Translations under genes and position numbers: made by a program
NCBI RefSeq assembly: GCF_004010195.1
Contig: NC_057756.1
Location: forward strand, 467,805 to 531,804
Source: Chiloscyllium plagiosum
Lineage: Eukaryota
DNA length: 64,000 nucleotides
Direction: 5' to 3'
In this document: piece after piece, positions 1-13,306 of the stretch
Layout of the letters: each line of letters opens with the position of its first letter
Numbering within the stretch: the stretch's first letter is position 1
Notes under the pieces: model-generated
Seen by the model: only the letters and a program-made list of their open reading frames with translations
Databases searched by the model: none
What the model was told of the DNA's origin: nothing

Positions 1-289
1 ACCATATCCAAGACCAAAAATGTTTAGATTAGAACAAGGAAATGGATGATGTGGATTGTATATTTGATTAGTTTTAAATCTCACTTTTTTTTTTACTTTT
101 GTTCTTAGAGCTCCACCAATTCTCCAGGGACATGTGCCAATATAGTATCATACTTTTATTTTTCCAGTGTAATGCTGCTATATCTTGGCTCTCCTTTTCA
201 CCTTTTAGAAAATGATGTTGTACTTTCATCATGAACAAACAGCCATTATTTGCCATTGTGTTTTGCTATTGCTCTTCATCATCATCCTC

Positions 290-752
290 ACATGTGGCAG
301 AACGCCTCATCTTCTGCCTCGGAACACTTCAACCCCAGGGCATCAATGTGGACTTCACCAGTTTCCTCATTTCCCCTCCCCCCACCTTACCTCAGGTCCA
401 ACCTTCCAGCTCAGCATTGTCCTCATGATCTGTCCTACCTGCCAACCTCCCTTCCCACCTATCCGCTACACCCTCCACTCTGACCTATCACCTTTATCCC
501 CTCCCCACTCACCCATTGTACACTTTGCTACCTTCCCCCACCCTCCTCTATGTCCTATCACCTTCATCCCCACCCCATTCATCTATTGTACTCTTTGCTA
601 CCTTCTCCCCAGCCCCACACCCCCATTTATCTCTCCACGCTGGAGGGTCCATGCCTCTATTCCTGAAGAACGGCTTTTGCCCAAAACGTCGATTTTCCTG
701 CTCCTTGGATGCTGCCTGACCTGCTGTGCATTTCCAGCACCACTCTGATCTA
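290..752 (+). mobile_element. Penelope-like element 3' fragment (GIY-YIG C-terminus, C-rich spacer, tail with degenerate hammerhead motif)
   Basis: ERLIFCLGTLQPQGINVDF; tail cctgaagaacggcttttgcccaaaacgtcga...gatgctgcctgacctgctgtg shared with many copies in the window. Confidence 0.75.
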
Positions 753-811
753 AACGCCACATCATCCTCACATGCTTCTACTTCTAATCATTATTAATAT
801 TAGTGTTAGTA

Positions 812-1170
812 GGGGCAGAATGGTGGCTCAGTGGTTAGCAGTGTTACCTCACAGCACTCAGGACCCGAGTTCAATTCTAGCATCAGGTGACTGTCTGCGA
901 GGAGTTTGCACATTCCTGCCATGTCTGCATGGGTTTCCTCGGCTGCCCTGGTTTCCTCCTGCACAATCCAAAGATGTGCATGTTAGGTGAATTGGCCATG
1001 CTAAATTGCCCATAGTGTTCAGGGATGTGTAGGTTAAGTGCATTAGTCAGGGATAAATGTATAATAATAGGGTAGGGGAATGGGGCTGGTTAGGACATTT
1101 AGCGGGTCAGTGTGGAATTGTTGGGTCAAAGGGCCTGTGTCCAGACCCTATGGATTCCATTCTAGGATTA
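812..1170 (+). mobile_element. tRNA-derived SINE (HE1-like)
   Basis: A-box tggctcagtgg, B-box-like gttcaattct, core gtttgcacatt...ggccatgctaaattgccc. Confidence 0.85.
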
Positions 1171-1259
1171 TACCAATGTAATGATGCTGTTCCCAATGGT
1201 ACTATTCACAGTATCAGTTATAATTGTCGCAATTATAGCACTACTACTAATATCAGTGG

Positions 1260-1790
1260 CACTTTGTGATTCCCTTACAGACTCTGTGAATCACTGTGAT
1301 TCTCGTACACACTCTGTGACACTCTGTGATTTCCTTACCCTTTCTGTGAATATCTGTGATGCCCTTACACACTCTGTGATACTCTTACTCTGTGAATCTC
1401 TGTGATTCTGTTACACATTCTGTGAATCTCTGTGATTCTCTTACACACTCTGTGACACTTTGTGATTCCATTACACAATCTGTGAATCACTGTGATTCTC
1501 TTACACACTCTGTGACACTATGTGATTCCATTACACAAACTGTGAATCACTGTGATTCTCTTACACACTCCGTGACACTCTGTGATTCCCTTTAATCACT
1601 CCGTGACACTCTGTGATTCCCTTACCCTCTCTGTGAATCGCTGAGACTCTGTAATTCTCTTGCACACTCAGCATATCTCTGTGATTCTCTTACACACTCT
1701 GTGACACTCTGTGATTACCTTACACGCTCTGTGACACTCTGTGATTCCCTTACCCTCTCTGTGAATCTCTGTTATTCTCTTACACACTGT
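1260..1790. repeat. Minisatellite, ~32-bp unit built from ctctgtga/ttacacac sub-units
   Basis: Repeated tgtgattctcttacacactctgtga(c/a)...; produces the repetitive CDSLTHSV pseudo-ORFs. Confidence 0.92.
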
Positions 1791-2464
1791 GTAGGACCAG
1801 AATTTTGCCTGAGCATCGATATATTGGAACTTTTCTAGCATATATTTCATGGCATGAAAATTAGGCTAAGCATAGTAAATGAAGTGATCATTTTGCATAC
1901 TCAAAACTTTCATCACATAACACAGAATACTGAGGATTTATGCATTTGAGAGGTTTTATTAGGGTGTTTAAAAGATAACAAAACAGGCAAATATATTTCA
2001 TATTTTGTGAAGCTCAGTAAGGGACTTGAGACTAAAATAAGCGGCCTCTACTATTAATGTTTGTTGTCAGATCATGTTTACAAGAACGATGCATGTAAGA
2101 AATATCCCTTAAAGCTCAAACCAATAATTGATCTGTTGGAAATCCCAGGGGTTGGAGGTATAAATTTTAGTTCAATTGCAGAAAGGAGGCAGTTAGACAT
2201 TTTCTAGTGTTAGACTTTTCGCTATGTAATTTAACAAAAAAATTATAAATAGCTGATCATCCAGTACTGATTTCTGTCAGTTTCTACCTTCCAGTTTTGC
2301 CTGTATTTTGGTGCAAATTCATTTTATGTTATGTGCACAGTATTAATGGTTTTCACAACAGAATTTCATGCGTGAATCAATTTTAGCCATGAAAGTCTTT
2401 TCAAATTGTACAACAATTCCAGCAATCCTTATTTTATTAACTTTCTGATCATTTCTTCCTTTAG

Positions 2465-2491
2465 AAACTAATAATCTCTTCGAGCAACTGG
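2465..2491 (+). CDS. Micro-exon 1 (27 nt, phase 1-1) of unnamed coiled-coil gene; xTNNLFEQL
   Basis: atttcttcctttag|AAACTAATAATCTCTTCGAGCAACTGG|gtaaga; paralogous to exons 9 and 17. Confidence 0.8.
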
Positions 2492-2680
2492 GTAAGAAAA
2501 AAAAATGATTTTGAAGATTTGTCTATGTTTTTATCCAAAGAAAAGTGCATTGAAAAACTTTGGCGGAAGAAACAGAACTGTATGTTTATTCTCGTTTGAT
2601 TTCTTCAACTCAATTCAGCCGTTTTTGACTAATATCGTTTACAGCAGATAATATTGTTAACTAGATAGAAATCTCAATTT

Positions 2681-4925
2681 TAGAACATAGAACATAGAAC
2701 ATTACAGCGCAGTACAGGACCTTCGGCCCTCGATGTTGCGCCGCCCTGTCATACTAATCTGAAGCCCATCCCATCTACACTATTCAATGTATGTCCATTT
2801 GCCTGTCCAATGACAACTGAAATGCACTTAAACTTGGCGAATCTACTACCGATGCAGGCAAAGCATTCCATACCCTTACTACTGTCTGAGTAAAGAAACT
2901 ACCTCTGACATCTGTCTTATACCTATCTCCCCTCACTTTAAAGTTGTGTCCCCTCGAGTTTGCCGTTCCCATACTTGGAAAAAGGCTCTCCCTGTCCACC
3001 CTATCNNNNNNNNTCGTAAGACATTCCTTCCATACCAGGCAACATCCTAGTAAATCTCCTCTGCACCCTTTCCAAAGCTTCCACATCCCTCTTATAATGC
3101 AGTGACCAGAACTATACACAATACTCCAAGTGTGGCCATACCAGAGTTTTGTACAACTGCAGCATAACCTCCTGGTTCTGGTACTCAATCCCTCTATTAA
3201 TAAAGGCCAAAACACTGTATGCCTTCTTAACAACCCTGTCAACCTGGGTGGCAACTTTCAGGGATCTGTGTACATGGACATCGAGATCTCTCTGCTCATC
3301 TGTGCTCCCAAGAATCCTACCATTAGCCCTGTACTTTGCATTCCGATTACTCCGGCCAAAGTGTATCACCTCACACTTGTCCACATTAAACTTATTTGCC
3401 ACCTCTCAGCCCAGTCTGCATCCTATCTATGTGTCTCTGCAGCCTACTACATCCTTCGTCACTATCCACAACTCCACCGACCCTAATGTCGTCCTCATAT
3501 TTACTAACCCACTCTTCTAAGCCCTCATTCAGGTCATTTAAAAAAATGACAAACAGCAGTGGACCCAATACCGACCCTTGTGGTACGCCGCTAATAACTG
3601 GACACCAAGATGAACATGTTCCATCAACTATAACCCTCTGTTTTCTTTCATCAAGCCAATTACTGATCCAAACTGCTATGTCTCCCACAATCCCATTCCT
3701 CCGCATTTTGTATAATAGCCTATTGTGGGGAACCTTATCGAATGCCTTGCTGAAATCCATATACACCACATCAACCGAATCACTCTCAGCTGTTTGGTCA
3801 CTTTGTCAAAAAACTCAATAAGATTAGTTAGGCACGACCTACTCTTCACAAAACTGTGCTGACTGTCCCTGATCAGATATTCTTTTCTAGATGGTTATAA
3901 ATCCTATCTCTTATCATCTTTTCCAACACTTTACCAACAACTGAAGTGAGACTCACTGGTCTGTAATTACCAGGGTTGTCTCTGCTACCCTTTTTGAACA
4001 AGGGAACCACATTTGCTATCCTCCAGTCCTCAGTCACTATTCCTGTAGACAATGATGATTTGAAGATCAATGCCAAAGGCTCGGCAATCTCTTCCCTTGC
4101 TTCCCAGAGGATCCTAGGATAGATCCCATCCGGCCCAGGGGACTTGTCTATTTTCACACTCTGCAGTATTTCGAATACCTCTTCCTTGTGAACCTCAATC
4201 TCTTCTAGTCTAGATGCAAGTATCTCTGTATCTTCCTCGCCAACATTTTCATTTTCTATAGTGAACACTGTCGAAAAATATTTATTTAGTGCTTCCCCTA
4301 TCTCCTCTGACTCCACATACAACTTCCCACTATTATCCTTGATTGGCCCTAATTTATTCTTTTATTCCTGACATACCTATGGAAAGCCTTAGGGTTAACC
4401 CTGATCCTATCAGCCAACAACGTCTCATGTCCTCTCCTGGCTCTTCTGAGCTCTCTTTTTAGGTCTTTCCTGACTTCCTCGTAACCCTCAAGCGCCCTAA
4501 CTGAGTTTTCACATTTTGTCCTAACTTAAGCCTTCTTCTTCTTCTTGACCAGAGATTCCACTTCCTTAGTAAACCATGGCTCACACGTTCTATATCTTCC
4601 TCCCTGCCTGACAAGTACATACTTATCTAGGACATACAGGAGCTTTTCCTTGAATAAGCTCCACATTTTTAATGTGCTCATCCAGTGCAGTTTCCTTCCC
4701 CATTCTACGCTTCCTAAATCTTTCCGAATTGCATCATAATTTCCCTTTCCCCAGCTGTAACTCTTGCCTTTCCCTTTCCATCACTAAAGTAAACCTGACA
4801 GAAGTATGATCGCTGTCTCCAATGTGCTCACCTACTTCCAAATCTAGGCTCGTTACCCAGTACTAAATCTAAAGTGGCTTTGCCCGTTGTAGGCCTGTCT
4901 ACATACTGTGTCAGGAAGCCCTCGT
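2681..4925 (-). mobile_element. CR1-clade LINE (HER1-like), 5'-truncated, decayed ORF2 RT
   Basis: KSPGPDGIYPRIL, YRPVSLTSVVGK, VYMDFSKAFDKVPH, SGVPQGSVLGP; (agaacat)n tail at 2681-2702; 8 N at 3006-3013. Confidence 0.93.
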
Positions 4926-5689
4926 TTAGGCATGATGGATCATTGTTGAGGTCCACTATAGGATTGGGATTACAGATAATGCATGAAATCGGTCGAGGTC
5001 AGCTATCTTCATATTAGGGCACTCCTTCCTTTGCTGAATTACAGTTTGAAGAACAAAAAGAAATATCAGGCAGGTTATGCCTCGGTGACAAATCTCAAAG
5101 CTATTTCAGACATACTGACCACTAGAATCACATGTCAACTGGGAAAGTATTGACAAGTCATTGATGTCCTTTAGCAGTGCATTTTCTGCTGGCTAGGTGA
5201 TCAGAACACTCCACATGAAGTGCTGTCAAGGTGTCGATACAATGATACATTCTACACTTCGTTTGCATGTTCAGGGGATTATCAATACAACTATTATCAG
5301 TGATAAAGCTAAGGGTCTGCTTCCACGCTGTGTGACTCTTTGACTCTATGGAAATAAAGCTAAGGTTGAGACAATAGATGACAATAGGGCATAATTTACG
5401 CAGCCTTTTTTACATCCAAAGAAATAGTTCTCAATATTATATGTGAGGCTACTTCCATTTTTCTGTTTGTCATTAAGGACCTGCATGATTTGAGCTTGCT
5501 CTACTGCTGTAAGTTACAATCTTTCCCTCATGGCTCAGCATCTAAAATACATTCTCTAATTGATGAATTCAACCTGAAGCAGAGCATCTGTTTAAAACAA
5601 AAGCCTCCATTGCAATTTTCCTTAGCTGATCCCCAGGTCTTATCAGAGGGCCACAACTGCACAACTATTTCAAACCCAGTTACTTTGAC

Positions 5690-6790
5690 TGCACTTCCTC
5701 CCAAATCTGACACCCTGTAAGAACGCGATCCCTTACTCTCAATTCCTCCAGGAGGAATCTGCTCCAAGGCATCCCAGTGTCCTCTGATTTCAGGAACTGC
5801 AATTTCCCCTCACAAGTGATCAACAATGAACTTCAGTGCATCTCCTCCACTCCCTGCACTTCTGCCCTCGAAACCCACCCCCCAATTACAAGTACATTAG
5901 AGCCCTCTGGTCCTCACCTTCCAATCTATTAATCTCTGGATACAATATCCTCCACCATTTTTTGCCACCTACACACAGACCCACCACTAAGGATATATTT
6001 CCCTCTCCACCTGTGTCTATGTTCTGCAGAGACCATTTCCTCCGTGACTCCCTTGTTAGGTCCATGCCTCTCCACAAACCCAGCCTCCACACTTGGCACC
6101 CTCCCTTGCTGCCACAGGAGGTATAAAACCTGTGCCCACATCTCCCTCTCACCTCGATCCAAGGCGCCAAAGGAGCTTTTCACATTCAGTGCACATACAC
6201 CCACCTCATCTACTGCATCTACTGCTCTCGATGTGGTATCCTCGACATTGGGGAGACTGGATGTCAACTCGCAGAGCATTTTGGGAAATATCTCTGAAAC
6301 AGTTGCACCAGGCAACCCCACCACCCTGTGGCCAATCACTTCAATTCCTCCTCCCACCTCCCAGAAAGGATATGTGAGTCCTGTACCTCCTCCACCATCA
6401 GATCAAAGCCACTCACCAACTGGAAGAGGAATGCCTCATCATCTGCTTTGGGACCCTTTAACCACAACTTCGACTTCACTGTTTCAAAATCTCCCCTCAC
6501 CAAATATCGCAGATCCAACTCTCCAACTTGGCACTACCCTCTTGACCTGTTCTACCTGTCCATCTTGCTTCACACCTATCCGCTCCACCCTCACCACTGA
6601 CCTATCACAATAACCCCCCACCTGCATCTGCCTATCGCCTTCCCACCTACACTCCTCTCCAAGCTGACCACCACCCCCGATTTGATTTTCATTCTCGTTC
6701 CCTCTCCACATTCCTGATGAAATGAGGTATCGACTCTCCTGCTCCTTGGATGTTGCCTGACCTGCTGTGCTTTTCCAGTGCCACTCTTTT
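5690..6790 (+). mobile_element. Decayed Penelope-like element 3' half (GIY-YIG region and tail)
   Basis: CHRRYKTCAH, ANHFNSSSH and the gacctgctgtgcttttccag tail; same family as 290-752 and 28148-28722. Confidence 0.75.
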
Positions 6791-7486
6791 CAACATCATT
6801 ATATTTATAATAGTTTGGCATTACGTAGACATGAATTCGCTTAAACATTTGAACTTGACTATTTCTGAACCGTGAAATTTAGAAATCAGACAACTGGCTT
6901 TTAGTTTGTTGTGTTTTACTTTGGATAGATAATTTGTAGGGAGTGGCTATTGTACTGTTGGAGTGGCAGACCTGGGAGAATCATCTCAGACAACATGAGA
7001 GATGAGGTCAGTTCACACTCCATGGAGATTCGGCCATGTGTTTAATATCTTGTTCGGAGATATTGTGTAAACACTGACTTTTCATTGCTCGTCAGTATTC
7101 AGATTGGTCACGGATAAGATTTGCGCTTGAATGACTGAAATTATATTTCATTGTAGCGATTTCCCTGCAGCAGACATTAGGTGGGCGAATGTTGACTTAC
7201 ATTGTCATGGAAGCAGGTACATCGGGTGACAGATGTGCCCATGGATTGACCACGTCAGGACAGATAGTTTGCAAATATGCATGTTACCCTCTGCTATTGA
7301 CATCTGAAGGTCATTTTGTTTAGTGAGTTTGGATGACCATTTAAAATAGAATTCATTACAGCATATACATTCACAACTCATTCGCACTTATTCTGATATA
7401 TTTCAAATGTGACACTTATGCAAGCAATATTTTGGCAATTGCCTCAATGGATATTATCAGTATAATTACTATTTATTTGTTTACAG

Positions 7487-7513
7487 TAAAATCGCAGTTG
7501 GAAAAAGATAAGG
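7487..7513 (+). CDS. Micro-exon 2 (27 nt); VKSQLEKDK
   Basis: ttgtttacag|TAAAATCGCAGTTGGAAAAAGATAAGG|gtaatg; paralogous to exons 10 and 18. Confidence 0.85.
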
Positions 7514-8399
7514 GTAATGTCACAAATGATTACATGTACAGCTGTTTGTAATGTAATATTACTATGTTGTGGTTGAAAACCCACCTCATTGGTGTCAAGG
7601 CGTATTTCACATCATGTGTAGCTAAATGAAATGTAACTGCTTCAAGACATTTTGATATTAGGCAATTTTGATATCAAAAGAACCTGAATTTGCTGGGGAG
7701 TATGATTTTGATTGAATTGATTGGTAAATGCGCACTAATACTATGACATTCCCTGGTTAATCAGTGGAAATTGTAGAATTGAATGCATTCTTTGAAAGAG
7801 CAGTAAACATTGGAATCTCACTATTCCTTTATATGTGCATGTCCCAGAATAATTAAGGATATTATCATTGTTGAAAGAATATCTTTCGGTGATCAGAAAT
7901 GAAATTAAGTGTTGAAACAAATATGCAAGCACTGAAATAAATGAGACGAGTTTCAAAACAAAAAAATTGTCAATAGACTTGATTGGAACTTTGCTTAGTA
8001 ACAGACCATGCTGGCAAATTGCGATATGTGTAAATCAGGTTTCTAAATCAATAAAACAAATCAATTTAATATGAACACCAGCATGAGTTATTCATTGATT
8101 TAAAAATTAAGACTAGTTATTGCCAGAAGTTTCATCCATGGAACTTTTCATTTTTTAACAATTCGATCCTTTAATATGCAGTAGGCTGGCACATAGGTAA
8201 ATGGAATCTGTACAACAGAATTTTCATCCCTCATCGTCATTTTTACCACCATGCCTCATATTTGAACTCAAAACAACTGCACTTTCATGGACAATGCGTA
8301 AAAAGAAATCATGAACGGATCCAGTCATTAAGGTCACTGCTTCACTCAGAAATTCAGCTTGTCGTTGTAGAACTTTAATTGCTCACCGCTTGATCCCCG

Positions 8400-9270
8400 G
8401 GCAATGGGAAATTGATGAATTAGAATATAATGTTAAAGACTCTATATACCTACGAGACCCATAGAGTGATTCCGATGCTCATGTAAATAATTCTTTGAAG
8501 TTTGAGTCACATACAGATAGCATGTTGAAGAAGGCATTTAGCATTCATGCCTTTATTGCTCAGTCCTTTGAGTATTGGAGTTGGGAAGCCATTTTAGGTT
8601 GTATAAGATGTCAGTGAAGCCTCGTCTGGATTTCTGTGTCCAGTTCTCGTCTCCCACTTTAGAAAGGATATTATTAAACCAGAGAAGGTTCAGAAAATAT
8701 TTACCAAGATGTTGTCAGAAATAGAGGGGTTGAATTATAAGGAGAGACTGGGTAGGTTTGGCATGTTTCCATATTGATATCAAATCGATATGGAGAAAAC
8801 TAGAGAGGTCTTGATTTCTAGACCTTAAAGCAAATAGAATGAGATAAAAATGTAACAGACGTACAGAAAATGTCAAGGTGTTTCCTTGAAATGAACATTT
8901 TATTTCACTGGAGCGTAGAAGGTTGAGGGCTGACCTTGTAGAAGTTTATAAAATCATAAATGTTATAGATAAGATGAACGGCAGTATATTTCCCTGGGAT
9001 GGGGGATTTCAGACTGGGGGCATTGTGTTAAGATGAGAGAAGAAGAATTTTAATTGGGGCAACCTTTTGCACAGAGACTGGTTCATGAGTGGAATGAACT
9101 CAGAGAGGTAGTGGTGGATGCAGATCAGTTACAACAGTCAAAAGAGATTTGCAAAAGTTTATGGATAGGAAATAATGAGAGGCATATGGGCCACATGCAG
9201 GCAGGTGGGACTACTTTAATTTGCAATTTTGGTTGGATCTAAGGGACTGATTATATGTTAGATAGTTTTA
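8400..9270 (+). mobile_element. Decayed CR1 3' fragment
   Basis: RT C-terminal remnants (ctgtgtccagttct..., gaccttgtagaagtttataaaatc, FAQRLVHEWNEL). Confidence 0.75.
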
Positions 9271-10199
9271 TGACGATGACTATAACATGATTAGTTCAAT
9301 AAAAAAAGACATAACGTCCTGTAGGAAGACCAACAAAACTTGATCATGTGGTTGAACATATCAATGAAATTAACAATAAAAAACCTCTAATCAAATCTCA
9401 GTGGTTTTCCCATCCAGAAAACTTGCAAAAAATGTACGCAGAAGGTGATTCGAATTGTATCACATCGATATGCAGGAAGCTAGAAAGGTGTTGTTTTCTA
9501 GATCTTAAAGCAGATACACTGAGATAAAAATGTAATAGAGGTACAGAAAATACCAACGTGTTTCCTTGAAGTGAACATCAATTTCCCTTTTCTTCCCATG
9601 ACAGCTGTAACACAATAGAAAAAAAATTATACATTGATTGGGGCGAAGTGCCTGTTTCCACGCTGTAGGGAATCTAATCTAATCTCTTCTCAAAATAAAT
9701 GGCGTTTAAATATATTTGTAGTGTAAATGAGCAAAACACATTAACTGCTTGTGCATGGCAAAATGAGGCAGTTAGCCCATTGCTCTTGCCTACAACGATT
9801 GGTCTTATATTCAATACGTTTGTAGTTTAGTTTTAGGTAAGTAGATAGTTTTGTTTTGGTTGAATAGTGGGCTGTTTAGTAACAATAGTACTGAGTTATG
9901 GCCTTGTTCTTTGTACTGTTTTTTTTTCCTGTTCTGATGGTGTCTTCTTTCCTTATATGCAAATGTTTTGTAAAAGATTTTTAAAAAACCGTGCGAATTC
10001 TCCAGTGTGACTAACTGAGTGGCTGTTGTCTGTCAGTTACTAATTTTGATTTATCAATGACAATGCAAGGTAAAATAACCTGTGCTGCATTGCATGCAAT
10101 GTTGGTCATGATATACAATGGACATTCCAATTAAGTGCACCGATATCTTAACAGTGCTGATATCCACTCCTGAAAGATTTTCCTTTTTTACTTTTTAAG

Positions 10200-10235
10200 A
10201 TATACGCAGATTGAAGGAAGCTCTGAAAGTTGCAG
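10200..10235 (+). CDS. Micro-exon 3 (36 nt); DIRRLKEALKVA
   Basis: ttactttttaag|ATATACGCAG...GTTGCAG|gtgaga; 26/36 nt identical to exon 11 (hand count). Confidence 0.88.
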
Positions 10236-11849
10236 GTGAGAGCAGTCAACAAGCTTGAATACTCCCTGTTCTGATCTTAAAAGAAAAACTGATGAAGGAG
10301 ACTTAAGGTAGTACCTTATTCTAAATGTAATAAGAAGGTTTAGTTGTTGAGGAAAATATATGTTTAGAAAGCTGCTGTGTTTGCTTTACATCTCATAACC
10401 ATTCCAATAATTAGATGGAACCAACCAACAACCAAACATTATCACTTGTTTTTAACAATTATACTTTCTCGTTTCAAATCAATATTCTCCCTACAGAGAA
10501 TCCTTCGTGTTCATTTAAAAAAGTATCTGCTATAAATAAATACAGCAATGTATAATATAAATGACAAGAACATTAAATACACCGTGAAAAAAATCTCTTC
10601 GTATTCAATGCTTCGCATCTTATATAGTCTTATAAATTCAAGCATCGTCTTACATGTAGCTGATATTTTAATAAATACACTTATGCAAATATTACCAATA
10701 ACATCTCATGCCATTGAATTGCACATTCACAACTATCACCGGCGAACTATTCTGGTAATTGCCCCAAAATAGATGTACTGCAACTCATTAGACATCATAA
10801 CAATGTTTTGGTGACATCTACTACAATTACGAGGTCACATTATTACCAATGATAACGAATGCTTAACATAAGCTGACCTGTACAAAAACATTATGCATTA
10901 CTGGAATAGAATTGAATTGTTTAAGTCTTGGGACATTAATATCATTTTAAGAGTATGGAACCTGTTTAAGACCAATGTGTTTGACTTTGATGTAGCCTCG
11001 ACCAATTTTCTAGCTGGAATGTCTCCAATTAATGTGGGATGTTTACTTTGGCTTTACAAGGAAAGCGAATGCTTCAAAGGATAATGAAGCACGAGTAATG
11101 TTGTGTGACACTGTTAAAGCTGGGCTGCAGCACAATTATTCCAATCTGTTAGTGATACAAGTTGAGTAGTAATATATCTGTTCTTTTTACTGTGCATGTT
11201 TACAATGGTTTTGCTATATGCAATTGGCGAGCTGGAGATACTGATATCCACGTTGTCATATATATTTCTTCTGATTTAAAAATAATATTCACAAGAACAA
11301 TCGGGCTTAACATAAATATTTAGGGATAGAAGGTCTTCTGAAATGATAAGGAAATGGAGGACGGTCGGACAGTTGGAATAAAGAGGAAAGTCAAACCGGA
11401 CTTAACTCTGTCTTTTCTCTCCAAGAAGGTTGCAACACCTGCTGAACTTCTGCAGTATCATCTGCGGTTGGTTTAGAATTCCAGGATCTGCAGAGTTTTG
11501 CTTTTATTTAAACACGTTGGAATAAATAGAACATGAAAGTAATGCAGCATTTATGCATTAGTAAGGTAGGAGGGGAAGTGAAGAAACAGAAGTTCAGTCT
11601 TATTATGTGGCATTTAATGTTGGCCACCACCTTGCAGAAAGCCTGTGGTGGAACACACTGACCAAGGATTTACAGAGGTGGAGGATTATAGTCAAGGGCC
11701 CATACTGTCATGGAAATCTACAGCACTTGAAAAAAAGCAATTTTCCTATCACTTCTGTACCAGTGAAAATACCACCACCTAATTGTTATAATTCCGTTTT
11801 CAATCCTTTGGCATTGCAAGTGCACATGTAATTACTATGTAAACAGTTC

Positions 11850-12500
11850 CTAAGTGTAAGGGTGTCTTGATTTACCAACTTTACAACCAGTGAGTTGCAG
11901 ATTTTCACTATCATCTGGATGAAAATGCTTTTCCTCACATCTCTAAAAGTTTCTGCCTCTGACCTTAAATAAATACCCCAATGTCATTGTTTCCCCATTA
12001 AAGGAAAGTGCTTCTTCTGTCCCTCAACATTTGAATTATGTCTCATCTCAATCTCCTCTGTTCTGAGGAAAACAACACCAGTCTCTCTGACAGCATAAAG
12101 TGAAGAACTGCGAATGCTGAATATCTGAACAGTAACTGAAATTGATGGAGAAATTCAGCAGGTCTGGGTGGCATCTGTAGAGAGAGAGCAAAGTTCACGT
12201 TTCAAGTCCCATCCTGAAGAAAGACCACTGGTCTTAAAACATGAACTCTGCTTTCAATGCACAGATGCTGTCAGACCAGCTGAGTTTCTCTAACAATTTT
12301 TGTTTTTGATCTACTCTGTCCAACTTCTCTTCATTACTGAAACTCTCCAGTCCACCATGTCCCAGTAAATCTCATCTGCACCATCTGCAGTATTATCATC
12401 TCGCAGCAATAACATGGATATCAGAACTGCAATCAACACTTTGACTGTGGCCTAACCAACATTTTTGATAGTTCCAGCATAACCTGCTGCTCTCAGTCTT
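11850..12500 (-). mobile_element. Highly decayed CR1 3' fragment interrupted by an inverted-repeat Penelope-tail element (~12100-12310)
   Basis: CR1-like tctcctctgttctgaggaaaacaac...; insert has gagaaattcagcaggtctgg / ccagctgagtttctc arms and cctgaagaaagacc..ggtcttaaaac. Confidence 0.55.
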
Positions 12501-13029
12501 GTCAGAGACCAGACCAGCCTCCCCCCAAATATTATGGAGTGAGCCTAATTCCAAATTTTCATTTTGTTTCAAACACAAGTGTAAGGATCTGCATTCTGGA
12601 TATGATTTGATTGCTCCATACTAACCTTTAATCAAAACACACATTATTTGATCCCAGCTGCCTGTACCTGAGCTAGAACTCCTTTTTCCTTCTCCAAGCC
12701 TTAATATCTTTTGTCATATAGGGTTTGCTATTCCTTTGATCTTGCCCTTCATCTTCACAGGAACATATAGACCTTGACCTCTGGCTATCTCACTTTTGAA
12801 GACTTCCCACTTACTGGAAATCCCTTTGCATGCAAATAAAATACTCCAATAAATCCCTGCAAGCTCCTGCTAGAGGTCTTTCTGGAAAGAGATGCATTTT
12901 CAGATACGTAAACTGAACAAAGAAATTTTCTGTGAAAACGTCTCCCAGCCTGTTTTTGAGAAATATGTGCCATAGAGTCCTACAACATGGAGACAGGTCA
13001 TTCAGCCAAACTGGCCCATGCCAACAAAA

Positions 13030-13300
13030 TGGCAGCACGGTAGCTCCGTGATTAGCATTCAGTGCCAGGGACCCAAGCTCGATTCCAGCCTCAGGAAACT
13101 GGCTGTGTGGAGATTGCACATTCTCGCTGTGTCTGCATGGGTTTCCTCTGGGTCCTCTGGTTTTCTCCCACTATCCAAAGCTGTGCAGGTTAGGTGCATT
13201 GGCCATGCTAAATTGCACATAATGTTCAGGGATGTGTAGGTTAGATGCACTAGTTGGGAGAAATGTAGAGAAATAGGGGAATGGTTCTGGCTGGGCTGCT
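13030..13300 (+). mobile_element. HE1-like SINE
   Basis: ggcagcacggtagctccgtgattagca...ggccatgctaaattgc. Confidence 0.8.
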
Positions 13301-13306
13301 CTTCCA

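Noticed and set aside
212..760. 178-aa Pro/His-rich ORF and overlapping ORFs
   Set aside because: Off-frame readings of a Penelope tail and its C-rich spacer.
812..890. tRNA-like A/B boxes (also in the other SINE heads)
   Set aside because: SINE heads continuous with SINE bodies, not tRNA genes.
1181..1850. Repetitive CDSLTHSV ORFs and possible CRISPR-like periodicity
   Set aside because: Translation of a minisatellite; no unique spacers, no cas genes, eukaryotic context.
10497..10522. Micro-exon-like segment after ctacag
   Set aside because: 26 nt, weak donor, and the peptide is not coiled-coil-like.
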